Under the pieces are notes generated by a model. The model searched no databases. It saw only the letters and a program-made list of their open reading frames with translations, and was not told the DNA's origin. Shown one piece after another: positions 1 to 14,038 of a stretch of 64,000 nucleotides of DNA; position 1 is the stretch's first letter; the number at the start of each line of letters is the position of its first letter. The translations under genes and the position numbers were made by a program. The stretch lies in the NCBI GenBank assembly GCA_973895155.1, contig OZ316896.1:17782754-17846753 (forward strand), given 5' to 3'. Source of the DNA: Marsupella aquatica (taxonomy: Eukaryota; Plantae; Marchantiophyta).

Positions 1-3000
1 AAACATGTTGGGCAATAATCTCCACTCAAAACTTGAGCTTGAAGCTCTTGTTGTTCAAGGCAGCATATCCCACAATGCACAGGACATTAGTATATACATA
101 ACGCTCTTGCTGATTTGTCTTCTTTGTAATTTCTAGTGTTTTATGGAGAAAATACACTGTCCATATGTGGATGGGGGCATTATGAAACCTCTCCGCTACT
201 TTTACTGAAAGTAGTGATACTAAAACATCTCTTAGGCCCGCAATGGCCCGTTACCAGGACATTACTATATACTTATTGTGTCGGTTGTATCCTCCAGACA
301 AACCAGAGCACTTCAGTAGACAGTATGTTCCTGTTTGGCTACCCCTTCACTTCTGCCGATTTATTTTTTAGTTTAAAAATAAATAAAATTCTTCCTGAAA
401 ATGATGCTCGGACCACAATCTTGGTCTTTGAAAACCCCCATGGACCACATTTTGGTTTATTTACCATCATGGAATGTGGAGGGGTAAATTCTCTTAGATT
501 AATTTCCATTGTGTTAATATGGAATATTCAGATTTGTGTTTTTTTGTGTCTCCTCCTTCTCAGGTTGCCTTGAAAGTGAAAAACTAAAAATTATCTTAAA
601 ATTCATAATCATCAAGTTAGAAACCCACAACTCACATGGATCACCAAAATGTGGTACATGGGAGCACTATGTCCAACACAGAGGTACATGGGGGCTTCAG
701 TTCAGTCTTTTTGGAGGTCCATCTGGGCTTCACTTTCAGTCTTCTTGGAGGTCCGTCCTGGCTTCACTTTTAGTCTTCCTAGGCAGGCAAAAAGTAAAAA
801 GAAAGAAATTAAAGCACTTCAGCAAAAAATAAAAGAAAGAAAATAAAGCACTTCATTCAGTAGAGTTTGAGCTCGAGGAGAAGAGGAGAAGAGGAGCGGG
901 GGATCGTGGATAAGGGTTTAGCGGGAGAGGAGAGGCAAAGCCTTTCGAATTACTCGTGTTCCAAGGGTTTCACGCGAATTGAAAGTTTGAACGCGATGAA
1001 AAGAAGAGAAGCACTCGCTCGCTCGCCCGTAGGGAGAGAGAGGAGGGCAAGCAGCAGCAGTGGCAGAGCTCAAGATCGAGCAGGCAAGAAGCCAGTCAGT
1101 CAGCATGTAGGGTAGCAGAGGCAGCAATGGTAGCGGCGGCCTGATAGTGTCGTCCTTCTCCTCTGTTACGATCGGTCCTCTCTCTCTCTCTCTCCGGCGT
1201 TCATTTGCGAAGCATTCATTCGTTCATTCGTTTCAGGCCTTTCGGGAGCAGGAGACGAGCCTCAGAGGGTTGGGAAGCTTTCTTTCTACGCTACTCTACT
1301 CTGTTCTGTTCTGTTGTACCCTAGAACTTGGCTTGACGTGCCTTTGCCGTTTTGATGATCGTGGCTTCGTTCTTTGGAACTTTGGGGATCTCCTGCCGTT
1401 GCCATTGTTTTGGTGGTGTTACTCCTCGTGCTCGATTTTGACTTTCGGAGTGTTCGCGGTGATCGGGGTATTAGGGCGACTGCAGCGAGTGCCGATGAGC
1501 TGAGGGCTTGGTGTCGGTTACTGGACAAATTCACGGGGAGCCGGACCAATTCTACAAGACGCAGCATGAGGCGGGCATTGTTGGATATTTAAGGGAATGG
1601 TGGGAAATTTATGCCGGGGTTGATGTAGTGCGTTGGTGGAAGACAGTCACGAGGATTGCCCAGTGCCGCCGACTGTCGACTGAACGGAGGTGAGAGGAAC
1701 TTTGTAGTGAGACTTACGAAGGGTTTGTGAGGCAATGGGACGAAAGGAAATTGAGGTGGGGGGGAACTGCGTGCAATGCATTTTGCGAAGGCTGTCGTAG
1801 TGTACCATATTGTTTTAATTCCCTGGGCACCCTATGTCAATTTGCCGTTCAACGAGGTTTGTCGACTATCCGTCACCCGAGGCAGGCTCTGAGCCGAATT
1901 TCATGCAAGTTCTTGCATATCTTGGGCCGTATTCCGCCTGTCCAATAGCGCAGACGAACTATCTTGAGTGTCTAAATATTTGGAAGGAGACTGTTAGATA
2001 TATCTGGTCGAGGAGGAAAGACCTATTTCACCTTCGTCGAAGCCTTTTGAAATTCAAGTTGTGGGTGACTGAGCGCTTGATGGATAATTTACCTTGAGAA
2101 GCAACGCTTTCATGATCCGCTTTGATGTTGTCATCAGAGTAACGCCCGTAGAAAAAGATATTGACTGAACCTCCCTACAGATAGAAAGCCTTTTTGCTGC
2201 TTGTAGATTCCAAAAGTAATGAGTGCGTTCTCAGTAGGAATTTCGCTGGCCCGTTCGTCCCATCTGTCTTAGAAGGAAATGGATCTATAAATGAGTGATT
2301 GGCTTCTTCAATTGTGGTAACTGTATTTCTGTTGGTCAAGGATTCGAGATACCGCCATCCTCAAGGACGAACACGGATTGTTGCCTAACTCTCACTCGCT
2401 CATGCGATCTTAGTCGCAGCAGGATCTGCTTTCACCTCAGTCTTACAGGGGTTTCCTCGACCCCTTCTTCTTGTGTTGATGCAAAATTGCGGACTTTTTT
2501 GTGAGTTCGAGGTGAACCAACTGTGGCGTTCTGGTTTGGTAGGTTCCGTTTAGGGATTTTGAAGGGACGTAACTGAAAGGGAAAGAGGGTCAGATTTTGT
2601 CTTTGTTCTTTAGAGCATTCGATTTTGGCAACTCTTTACGTGACTTTGGTTTCGCTCTATTGTTGTTAAGTGTATTGTGAATGGCCTTGTCAAAATATGG
2701 GGGAATACTTACGACGCATGAAAGACATCGATTGAAACTTACCCTAAAGAGAAAATGGCTCCTTAGAATGTTGAGTGCTTCGTACTTGAATTGTGAACCG
2801 TCGATTGATTTGTTAGCCTCTTCTTTAGTTCGATGAGGGTCGCTTGCTTCGCCTTGCTAGAATTGTGAATATGCTGCCGTGGCTGGAAGAGCAAGAGAGC
2901 CGTCGAGATGTGACCGGTGTTGGAGTTGGAGGGCATGCTGAATCAATTTGCTGATCCCCCAATTCCTCGCTGTGTAATCCCATTAAGTTGCTGCTGATGA

Positions 3001-3902
3001 TGAGCGAGTGGAGGAGCAGCGAAGAAAATTTGCTAGAGATTAATGTGCGCCCGGATCCGATCGAGGATGACTGATCGGAGCTTCAGTATTCCTTGTAAGT
3101 GTTTCTTGAATGTTGATGGTGCCATCCTGTGTGTGCATGATGACAGGATTCCTAGTGTAGATTGTCGATAAGATTCGATCTGCGTGGATGCCGTGAGTGC
3201 CTTGGACGGCTATAACGTTATATGGGTGTCAGGTATTCACTGAAGCTAACAGGGTAATGCAAACCTATAGTAGCAATCACTTAGTTCCTCTTGGTGTGGA
3301 CCATGAATGGTGGGAAATTCAAGAACATGGGAAAGAGTTCTAGTTGGAGCTCATCGGTGATTTCCCAGCATGGACTGAAGTCCTAAAGGACATCGTATGT
3401 ACGTCTAAAACTACCATGCGAAATATGAAATTCTAGAGAGATGAGGACAACTAAGGGAGTTTGATTGCGAACGTGTCTACGTGAATGAACACCCTAAAAA
3501 ACGTTTTCCTATGGCCTTGGAACATTTACTTGTCAAATAGCGGTGGTAGGTTGAGAAGGTGCCGATTCAGAACTAAATATGGACCTATAATTTCTGCTAC
3601 CGTGTCAAGATATTTCTATGAATTTGTTGTATTAAACTGAAGAGTGGTTTGTTGTAGTTGTGCCGATGCTATCCTGGTTGGAGAGTTGAAGCAGAAGTTC
3701 TGCAACTGCTGCTGGAGTGGACGGGATCAGTCCGATTGCAAGCTAGTCATCAAACGGAGGTATACTAGTGTTCCAGACCATTTTAGAGATGTGTTTGTTA
3801 AAGGAGTGGAAGCCGTGGCACCTTCATTATCTTTTCCATTTTATGAGCTGCTAGCTGGGCGAGGAATTCTGGCCCTCACTGTCGAAGGATCATGTGTTCC
3901 AG

Positions 3903-6900
3903 ATGCATCGTGCTCAGCAGCGGAATGAGCATTTGGATTCAAGTATTAGTTCCAGGTCAATGGATTCAGGATTGAGCTCGATGGAGAACCCTGATGAGGC
4001 CTTGCAGCAGAGGCTACATGAGGTTTCGCGTCAAAGAGAACAATTCCAGCAGGCGGAAGTGGAGCTAAGGGCACAATTTATTGCCCGATCGGAAGTCATC
4101 CGCATGCAGAATGGCTTTGACGAACAGTCCAAGCAACATTCTGAAATAGTGTCGAACTTACAGGTAATATTCATCTCTAGCACTTTGACCTAGACCTATA
4201 TAACATTCACCCTCTTGTCGTGGGAATGACTCTTAGCTGCTCCGCATCAGACTCTTAAATCCGGCAATCTGTGAACTTGTGTCTGAAGTTATTGTCCTTC
4301 TCTCCTCTTTACAGGGACAAATTCAGGAACGAGAGCAGCAAATACGTCATTTGGAGCAAAACCTTGAAGAGAAAGAGCGAGAACTCCACGTCAATCAGAT
4401 GGAGACCAATGAAGCGGTGAGAGCAATTAACTGGATAGACTTTTATTTGGTCTTTGGTTTGGCGCAAAGGCATGTATGAATCCGGGTTTGGCCATCGTAA
4501 TGATGCGGTTCTTATCATATTAAGTTGAATTGCAGGTGTGGGCAAAAGATGGTCTTCTGAGGGAACAAACTAACGAGTTGGCAAACTTGCGGTAAACTTC
4601 TGTCTCTTCTGTACGTTGTGATCTGAAGTTCCTTTGCCTAATTTCATTACGATTGTCTGTCCACCTTACTGTGATACCGGAATACGTAGTCCATTCTGTA
4701 GATGAATGTCCTCGAGACGAAAATCTGGCATCGAATTCCAGATCAGCTTTCTCTGTGATCAGATAATCGGTGGAATCTGAGGTTTGGTCGCACAGAGTTG
4801 TAGTCCTACGAACCCAGATTCAACGGTTCTCATTGTTGTACCCTTTTGTAGTCGAGACCGTGATGCTGCCGTTAGCGAACATCAAGCAGCGGCTGCTCAG
4901 GTTGATGCCGAGAGGACAGAGCACATTGCACAACTTGAAAGCTTCAAAGACCAAGTTCGAGAGAAAGATCGACAATTACAGGAAGTAGAGGAACAGGTGT
5001 GTGACAAACCCCAGAGTGAGTTGTATGACGGCCCTCGTAAAGGCATTGCTCTATCATCGAGTTTCGATGTTTGAACTTGGTTCCAACGGTCTCCTCAAGT
5101 TGGTATGAATTGATGAGTAAATACTGTAGTTTTCAGCGCTTCTCTGATCAAATGATGTTTCTGCATCACAGAGCCGAAGTACTCAAGAAATAGTCGTATT
5201 TAAGGATGAACAGTTGCGGGAGGCACAAGCTTGGATGGCTCGAGCTCAGGAGTTAGATGCCTACCATGTCAATACAAACAATACACTGCATGCTGAGTTG
5301 CGCGATCGCACGGAGCAAATGAATCAGCTTTGGGTTGGATACCAGAGGCAGGTGAGTGCGGATGCTCTGTTGTATGCTTATCTGGTCCATCACCGCCTGC
5401 CTTTGTGGCGAGGAACTGTTTTTAGTAGCTTTCTAAACTCCAGCATTAGCAGAGAAGCTTTTCCCCATTGTTACACCGTTCTCGCTAGGCCCATTAAGTC
5501 CAGTGTACTTGAAAATGATCTTTAATTACGTTCATCTCAAGAGTGACGGTTTCAACTGTGCAGCTTGCAGAAGTCGAAAGATACCACGCTCAAATGATTC
5601 AGAGGCTGCAACAGGAGCTTACTGATGCCAGAGAACAGATCCGTGTCCTAAAAGGTCCTGGAACCCCTGATCATCTTGATGCGAAGGAGGGGAGATCCAC
5701 AGCTGCTGAAAGTAAAGAAGGTGGACGCATTGAGGCCATTGATGAGGCTGGAATCAAGGGAAATAGGATTTTAATGGCTGTTAGCGCTGGTCTTAATCGA
5801 GCAAAAAATGACGTCGTGACTAATGGCAACATGGAGGGTCTCCTGCCCGTTCTCCTACCTCGTGATGGGATCCAGCCTAAGGTTTGTGACGGGTTTGCAT
5901 GTGAATATGAATACCAAGTTTTGTTGTCTTCTGAGGAAACTCTCGCAGTAAATTCCCTGTCAGTTCTCTGAGCTCTCTTGTGCAATCTCTTTATACGTCC
6001 TACTTTCTCTGATTTTCCATCTTTTATTTTAGGCGTTATCATCTGTCAGTTTGGTTGCCCTATGTAAACCCGTGTGGGTGAACTGCCCTGAGTGAAATTG
6101 CTCTCTTTCCATGTGTTCCAGGTTGAACATGCTACTGGGCTTCCTGTGGTACCTCCACCACTATTGGGAATCACCACCGTGCTTCCACCGTCCGGGCCAA
6201 ACTCAGTTTGGCATCATCAACAGGGCATGCCGCCAAGCCTGCAACCTTCGCCCTTGCAGGTTCCGCAGCCTTCTTTGGGACAATTGCAGCCGATAGCTGC
6301 TGTTATAGCTCCACAACAACACCTGCCTCCCTTACAACATCAACAGGTATCTTCTTTAACTCTATTTAAATTTTCTTTAAACGACGACACACGCTCTAAA
6401 TACCCCTGGCCTTACACCATATTCGTCGAACAATTCTCTAGTGGCTGGGGTTCGGCATCATTTTTGACGATCGCTACGCAGGTTCTTCAGCACCACCATC
6501 ATCCCCAGCAACACCCGTCGTCGCAAATACATCGCCTTTCTCAGAGACCACAGACGCAGCCACTACTGCAGCAGCAGACCTCCCAGCCTACTCAGATTCA
6601 GCACTCACAGCAGCAGTCTATACAATCTCAGGGGCAGCAGATAAGGCACCAAGAACTTCAGCTTCAGCAGCAGCAACAGGACCAAGCAGCACGCGATCAG
6701 GCAGCAACACAAGCTGAGCAACAAAATGGGCTTGCGTCTCAGACTTCGACACTTCCACCACAGCACCAGTCCCACAGTCAAACGCAGCAACAGCAACAGC
6801 AACAGTTGCCGTCCCAACTGCTGCACCAGCAGCAACAGGCTGTGGCAGTATCTGAGCAGAAAGACCTTTCATCTGTGTCGCAGCAGGCACGACCGGATGA

Positions 6901-8822
6901 GCAACAAGTTCTACCTCCAGATTTACAGCAGCAAGAATCCGTAGAAGTGCTGCAAGAGCCAGACATCACAGTGCAACATCGCCAGCAAAGCAAGCAGCAA
7001 GAAAGACAGGTCTTTAAGCTGAAGATAATGGATTTGTTACGATCGTCCTCGTTATGCTGTATTACGGCCTTGGTCCTGCATTGCTATGCAATCGGATTGT
7101 TTCTCTTGCAACTTTTTGATATTGTTCTAAAACCTTATTTTCCTGTTCTGATAGGCACACGATCAGCGCCGACGACTGGATCCTCGATTACAGCAGTTCA
7201 CTCACCAGCAATCAAAGCAGGTTCATGGTCCGACTCATCAACATTTGAAGCACGATAATAACGTGGAAACCCAAACTCAGCAGCTCCAACATCAGCAGGG
7301 TATATCTAATAGCATGGGACATTTGGGAGGGGCTGCACATTCGTCATCTATGTCTCAGGAAGATTCTTCTGGTCTTTTATCACGTGAAGTGTCAGCGGCG
7401 TCGGTTAATGTGTCCAACGCTGACAATCAAGAACTTCAGAAATCTGTCGCTCAAATCTCGAAGCAGCAGCACTTTGCTGAGGCGAACACTAAAGCTCTAG
7501 AACCAGTACTACTTGATGAACGATCGCTTCTGGCTTGCTTATTGAGAGCAGTACCTCCAGAACCCAACGCGAGAATCAGGATTAGCTCCACTGTGAGTAC
7601 AGTCCATGCTCAGCAACTCAACCTCATTGCTAGATCCTGTATCTTATATTACGTCATAGGTAAAAGGTTATGAGTAGTAGAAGTGTTTCGTCATGATTAG
7701 AAGCTCTTCTGACCCACCATTTGGCGTGGAAACGGTACAGCTGCCAAACAGATTGGGAAAGATGCTAGCTCCCTTACACTGGCATGACTACAGGAAGCAG
7801 TATGGACGGCTTGACGAGTTTGTTGGGTCACATCCAGAGGTGCATCCAGTCCTTTGCATCTCCTGAAAACGATTGTTGCGTTTCCTTTATTGCAGCTTCA
7901 TTGCTCTTTGATCTCAGTATTGTTGCCTGTTCGTTGTCGAAGCCAAATGTCTAAGCATGTGATGGATACATTGGTGGTCTTCACAGCTTTTTGTTATCGA
8001 AGGGGACTTCATCCACTTACGAGAAGGAGCACATGCTACATTTTCTGCGACAACTGCTGTAGCAAAGGCCGCCGCCGCAGCTGCTGCCGTGACTCCGCTT
8101 GGGCCAACTCGCTTGCCAACTGTGGCTGTCACTCCTGTCGCTCAATCCACATTACAACGTGGGAGAAGCCTCAAGAATTCAAATAATCCTCAGAAGGAGA
8201 GCAAAGCAGGACCCGCTGATACGGCAATTCAGTCACCATCGTTAACTCAGGTTGGTAACACAAGGCCAATTCACAGTCCAGTTATGAGCAGGAGTGCTGC
8301 TGAAAATGGAAATGTGAATACACATCATTCCAGCGTCAATGGGGTTAGCACAGCTAAGACTGGCAACAAAAGGGAAGGACAACATCATGTGCAAGGAGCC
8401 GGAGCTAGAACAAATGGGGTATCATCCGGTCATGGCAATGAGAATTCTGGTACCTTTGAGAATGGAGGGACGAATGGATATGGGATGTCAGGGAAGGCGA
8501 GTGGATACTACGGGAGCAGACAACAGCAAGGACGGTCCGTCACATTTCTTTTTCATACTTTTTAGACAGGACGTCACTCGCTATATTTCAAGATGCTTTT
8601 TGCAGTGTCCAGAGTTACAAGAGCGTCTGTTATTGAAGATTTGGATGCAGTTATCACATGATTGAACACCAGTTGTTCCATACTGTCCTCCGACTGAATG
8701 TTTGACTGGCTCTTGATGGCTGCAGAGGACCACTATCTGGCTCTGGGCAGTACAGAAAACAAGAAAATCAAGTCAGACCACAAACTCAGGAAAGCCGACG
8801 TGCTGGCTCAGCTTCTACTTGA
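3903..8822 (+). CDS. Multi-exon coiled-coil / Gln-rich protein with a conserved plant C-terminal domain (DUF7725-like family of uncharacterised plant proteins)
   Basis: GT-AG exons join in frame: 3903-4163, 4315-4416, 4536-4591, 4852-4996, 5172-5351, 5584-5881, 6122-6346, 6482-7009, 7155-7593, 7741-7839, 7987-~8534 and 8726-8822 (TGA). The N-terminus is a coiled coil and the middle is Q-rich. The C-terminal block reads LLDERSLLACLLRAVP..RIRISST|LPNRLGKMLAPLHWHDYRKQYGRLDEFVGSHPE|LFVIEGDFIHLREGA. The start ATG directly follows an acceptor AG, so an upstream UTR exon (about 0.9-1.7 kb) is likely. Confidence 0.85.
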
Positions 8823-9157
8823 GCACAGTAAGGTATGCTGAACAGTTAATGTTAGTTTACTCTATATGAACTACATTGTCTCTATAACGTGACACTCGTG
8901 CAAATTAGGAACTAGCTGCATTTCGCTTGAATAATGGGAACAATCATTGAAACAAGGAATGTCGTCTCTGTGGTGTCTCACACTAATCATGGAGAAGACT
9001 CAGAATTGTTGCAGGAGGCACTAACCTTTGAGTTTCACCTTTGAATATTTAGTGTTGGGGTTTAAGGAGCTATCTCCTTCAACAAATTTCGAATATTGTG
9101 ATCTAAAACGTGCACTCCTCTGATTGTTGTGGACATGACTGCTTTTCAATTTACTCC

Positions 9158-9297
9158 ACAGCCTGAATTCTGCTTACTTTGACGAATTATTCCATCCAAT
9201 GAATTGCTTGGTGACCGCACGGTTTACACTACAGCCTGAATTCTGCTTACTTTGACGAATTATTCCATCCAATCAATTGCTTCGTGACAGCACGGTT
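9158..9297. repeat. Tandem duplication of about 73 bp
   Basis: acagcctgaattctgcttactttgacgaattattccatccaat occurs twice in tandem. Confidence 0.85.
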
Positions 9298-11068
9298 GTC
9301 TTCCTCTTTGCAGGTTGCAATATCATTCTCAACCATTGAGATCGTTGAATTTGAGAGAGTGGAGACAGTCGAAACTGTGCTACACGACGCTCAGTTGGTG
9401 GTCGTCCGTTTTAGTCATCCCCCTAGTGCTCACTGGTGGAGGCATTACAACTAAGTCCTCTGTCGTTGGAAAGCCAAGAGTATCGACAATTTTGTGTCAT
9501 TAAATATTAGGCTGAGGCATTAGATTCACGTCGATGATGCTGTGGGCAGTTTTCCTTTTGCTATTTTGCTATTTTCATTTTGCCGTCGGTCTTACGAGAT
9601 ATGGCAAAGGGCCTTATTCTCTAATTGAGAGCTCTTCTTTGGCTACATCAAGCTGGCAGCCAAACTTAGAGGTCATGGTCGAGCATAAAATACACAGCGA
9701 AAATCTAGAGTAGAACATGCAGATGTATTTCACGTCTCGGTCCCTATTTACAGCAGTTAAAGAGTGCACTGCTGGAAATTGTAATCTAGGAAAGGAGGCC
9801 CTATTTGTGGGCAGGCAACCTTAGGGATTGGAAAAGTTCTTTAGTGTTGACAGTGGACTGTTTCCCATAGGCCAAATGAAATCGTTTTTGCATTCATTTT
9901 CAATTTAACTTCCATCTAGTCCTAAACTAGACAAAAATAAGTGTCTTGTGATCAACAGAAAAAGAGCTCCCACCTCAAACAGGAAACTTGTCTGAAAACC
10001 GTCAGAAGCTGCTTGTGACCCTTTTTATTGTTACTAGAATCGATTCCTGTTTCTTCTTGGATTTGTGATAGTTTGCTATGGGTACCGCAGTAGCACATAG
10101 GTCTTTTACCAGCAAAACCTTCGACATGTATAGCCCCAGAAGTACATGGACCAAGTATTTTTGCAAAATGCCATTCAGGTGGGTTAAGGGGAGTATGGAG
10201 ACATGGGTCCTGGGTCCTTGGTGGGTTAGGTGAATATGGGAGGATGGGAAGTACTGAATTAGAACATCGATAGTGATGGTATTTGATGCATCATACATGC
10301 GGAAATCGGGATTTGATACAGTCAGAACCATCAGCTACGGTCACATACAGAATGGCTCTGGACGGTAAGGAAGCAGTGGACATGACTGTTTCTGCCAGGG
10401 CTAGTTATGTTGCAGGACGGAATCGGAATCTCTTTCTACCCAATCTCTTCTGAAGAAGTCCTGGTTGTGACTAATGACAAAATTGTACACTAAACTTTTT
10501 CCGTAAGATATTGGTGAGTATCTTCTGTTACCTATGAGCCTGACATTTCAAAAGCTTGTTATTGAGCTTTTAACTCATACCAAACAATAATCCTTGGGCC
10601 TCAAAGTAAAGCTAATTTCATCCCTGCTTGGGTAGATGGTGATGGTTTTTCTTCCCATCATTCTGATTGCAAATGACTATAACAGATGGATCTTTTTCTC
10701 ACCATAAAAGGTGGCCCAAAACTTCTGATAGACGTTAACCCACGGTTGGCAGCGTCAGTCTCCACTGCTAATGATTTATTGTACTTTGGATGTTTCAACA
10801 AAATATGGATGGAAAATTCCATCTTGTTGTGCTGCTTTACAGACTTTACAGAAAGGTTACACGGGTGTTACATGGTTCTTTCCCCATCCTATTGTGCCAA
10901 AGAGGAAGGGGGAAGAAAGTTGATTAAACTCCTGAGGAGTGATGCTGTACGTTTCTAGATCATTGACTCCAGTAAAGTCATATAATGCGCCTGGACACTA
11001 AATTGAGAGAAAGCTTGGTGTTCAGCTTTTCCTGCACAAACCAGATAGTTAAGGTCCTCTGGTCTTCC

Positions 11069-11343
11069 ATTCAGGTTCTGGTTCACTCATACCTGACATA
11101 TCAACACATTTCTCAAGGATTCTCTTTCATTAGAAATGTTAAGGCATATCAACACATTTCTCAAGGATTCTCTTTCATTAGAAATGTTAAGGTCTTCAAT
11201 TCAGGTTCTGGTTCACTCATACACTGACACATCAACATATTTCTCAAGGATTCTATCTCATTAGAAATGTTAAGGCTGTCTGGTGGTTCTGGTTCACTCA
11301 TACCCTGACACATCAACACATTTCTCAAGGATTCTCTCTCATT
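11069..11343. repeat. Tandem repeat array of four related units
   Basis: catatcaacacatttctcaaggattctctttcattagaaatgttaagg and ggttctggttcactcatac recur. Confidence 0.85.
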
Positions 11344-11506
11344 TGATACAAACTATATGACATGTACGTCTGCTAAGTTAGTATGTTTGCCAGTCCAATA
11401 GTTGGATGTTCAGGATGTTATTAATACACATGGCAAAATAAGTTTTGTCAATGTTTGACAACCTTATTGTAATGTTAAAGTTGCTCAGTCATCCCTTTAT
11501 GGGATA

Positions 11507-12375
11507 CTAGCTCAATACCCGTGTGTTCCACAAAAGATGTCGTGTTGGCCAAGATGTCATGTTGGCCAAGATGTCTTTCAGAAAAAAGATGGCGTGTCGG
11601 CCAAGACATCATTGAGAAAAATGATATCGTGTCGGCCAAGATGCTGTGTCAGCCAAGAAGTCGTTGCGACAAAAGATGTCATGTCAGCCAAGAAGTCGTT
11701 GCGACAAAAGATGTTGTGTCGGCCAAGAGGTCGTGAAGAGAGAATATGTCGTGTCGGCCAAGACGCCGTGGAGAGAAAAGATGTCGTGTCGGCCAAGAGG
11801 CAATGAGAGAAAAGATGTCATGTCGGCCAAGAGGTCGTGGGGAGAAAAGACGTTGTGTCAGCCAAGAGGTCTTGAGAGAAAAGAAGTTGTTGAGAAAACA
11901 GATGTCGTGTCAGCCAAGAGGTCCCTGAGAAAAAATATGTCGTGTCAGCCAAGAAGTCATTGAGAAAAAAAATGTCATGTCGGCCAAGATGTTGTTAAGA
12001 AAAAAATTGTCATGTCGGCCTGGATGTTGTTGAGAAAAAAGACGTCATGTCGGCAAAGATGTCGTTGAGGGAAAAGATGTGGTGTCGGCCAAGACACCGT
12101 TCAGGGAAAATACCTGTGCGTTTCACAAAAGATGTTGTTAAGAAAAAAAATGTTGCCTCGCCCAAGATGTTGTTATGTGAAAGATGTCACAAAGTAAAAA
12201 GATGTCGTTACAAAAAAAGAAGTCATTTGCCAAAGATGCCATTATGCGAAAGATGTTGTTAAGAAAAATGTGTCATTTTGCCTAAGATATTGTGAAGTAA
12301 AAGATGTTACAAGAAAAATGGTGTTGTTTCACCCAAGTTGTCGTTATGTGAAAGATGTTATGAAGTAAAAGGTCA
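11507..12375 (-). mobile_element. Non-autonomous Helitron-like element end with a minisatellite of about 33 bp units
   Basis: The minus strand ends TGTGGAACACACGGGTATTGAG-CTAG|T, i.e. a small hairpin about 12 nt before CTAG followed by T. On the + strand this is followed by more than 20 degenerate aaaagatgtcgtgtcggccaag units. The same family occurs at about 13070, 36900-37450 and 50470-50827. Confidence 0.55.
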
Positions 12376-12538
12376 AGGAAAGAAGGAGCGAGTCTTTTTC
12401 TTTGTTTTGTTTTTTTACTCAAAATGCCCTTGCATTTGAATGGAGACCACTCTATAAATTGGTGCAACGTTATATTATCGGTTTCAGGTTTAGTGTTTTA
12501 GGGTTTAGGGTTTAGCAAAGATAATCGTTCTGCCGGTA

Positions 12539-13055
12539 TCCCTCGGGAATCACTTAGGCTAAAACTCCTAATACCCCTGTGAACACTTACATGTTACATA
12601 CCCCTTATTAATTTTCATATGAAAAATTTAAAAGACCCTTGAAAAATATAACAAATAATTTTCAATATATTAAAAACACCCTTGAGTTATTTATAAGTAC
12701 TTTGGAAACTCATTGTAAACCCTTGTGTCTTTATATAGTATCGCATATACAGTACAAAGACATGATCAAGTGCACATGTATAGTTCTTGCTTAACCGCCA
12801 ATATCATTGTAAAAAAATAAACTACTCATACATGACCTACACTAAGCAAGTGACATATGGACCAATCCGCTAGTGAGGCATGGCATACACTATGTGGTAA
12901 TACCCTTCATAGAAATAAAAATAATATGAGATAAAGAGTTAATTAATCACCTTCATTAAAAATTTATGATTATAATTATTAATTGGACAGTATTTTAAAT
13001 ACCCTTCATTTGTTCGCACGTGGTTCTAAGAATTTGACGAGTGATTTCCCAGGGG
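12539..13055. mobile_element. Possible MITE of about 520 bp
   Basis: Imperfect terminal inverted repeats CCCTCGGGAATCACT and AGTGATTTCCCAGGGG bound an AT-rich interior. The sequence cggtatc occurs at both junctions. Confidence 0.35.
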
Positions 13056-13894
13056 TCGGTATCCTTTCAATCCCCGTGCGTTGCATAAAAGATGTTGTTT
13101 GGTTAAAGATGTTGTTCAGAAATAGATAGTGGTGCAAAAAATATCATTGAATATTTTTGTTTGTTTGTTAAAGTACATTATTGCACAAAAACTTTTGTTG
13201 AGTGAAAGATATCATTGTGCAAAATACTGGCTATGGCAGCCACAAAAGTTCCCTTTTTCTTTTTTTCTTTGTTCTCCTTGCACAAAAAAATTCTTGAATA
13301 AAAAATGTCATTGCACAAAAAACTGGCTATGACAACCACAACAGTATAACAAAATGAGAGGTGGTTTTTTTATTTTTTCATTTTTCATTTTTCCCTTTTT
13401 TCCCTTTTTTCTCTAATGTTCCTTTTAAACCTTAATATCCCCCTTTTCCCCATTTCCGTATTTCTGGTTTTCTCTTTTTCTCATTCACCATCACTTCACT
13501 CGTTCGCCGCCCCCCCCCGTCCCCACCCATGCAAGACTGGAGCCCTTCGAGGGGCTGCCCTATATTGCGAGTGTGCCCCTCACCCGACACCTTGCCATCA
13601 ACGCCAGTGCCATGCGCTTCACTATGTCGTTGGGCCTTATTACTTTTGTTTGTTGACATTGAAAATGATAGTGCAAATGACTGTAAAATTCACCACAAAT
13701 ATTGGGAGAACAGTTTTTTATTGATCTAGTGATTAAAATATTATTAGCAATTAAACTCTTCTTACCAGGATTATACAAAACTATGCACACAATATTGAAC
13801 ATGTACAATATTTATTTGCATGTGAGTATGTACAATATTAATTGTTTTTTAAGGGAAATAAGTGAAGCCCCACATAAAGGGAAGAGTCAGTCCA

Positions 13895-14038
13895 CAATAG
13901 TTGAACCTAAGACCTATCATTCTCTACTCAAGTGAACTATCACAAAGTCATGCCTATGTGGATAATTAACAATAGTTGAACCTAAGACCTATCATTCTCT
14001 ACTCAAGTGAACTATCACAAAGTCATGCCTATGTGGAC
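13895..14038. repeat. Tandem duplication of about 74 bp
   Basis: caatagttgaacctaagacctatcattctctactcaagtgaactatcacaaagtcatgcctatgtgga occurs twice. Confidence 0.9.

Noticed and set aside
136-2504. Numerous short overlapping ORFs
   Set aside because: No recognisable motifs. The region looks like the promoter, 5' UTR and long first intron of the 3903 gene.
11521-12262. Cys/Arg/Lys-rich ORFs and a CRISPR-like periodic appearance
   Set aside because: These are translations of a degenerate minisatellite of about 33 bp. There are no unique spacers or cas genes, and the context is eukaryotic.
12481-12515. Telomere-like TTTAGGG repeats
   Set aside because: Only about two perfect units are present, which is common in plant TEs and promoters and is not a telomeric array.
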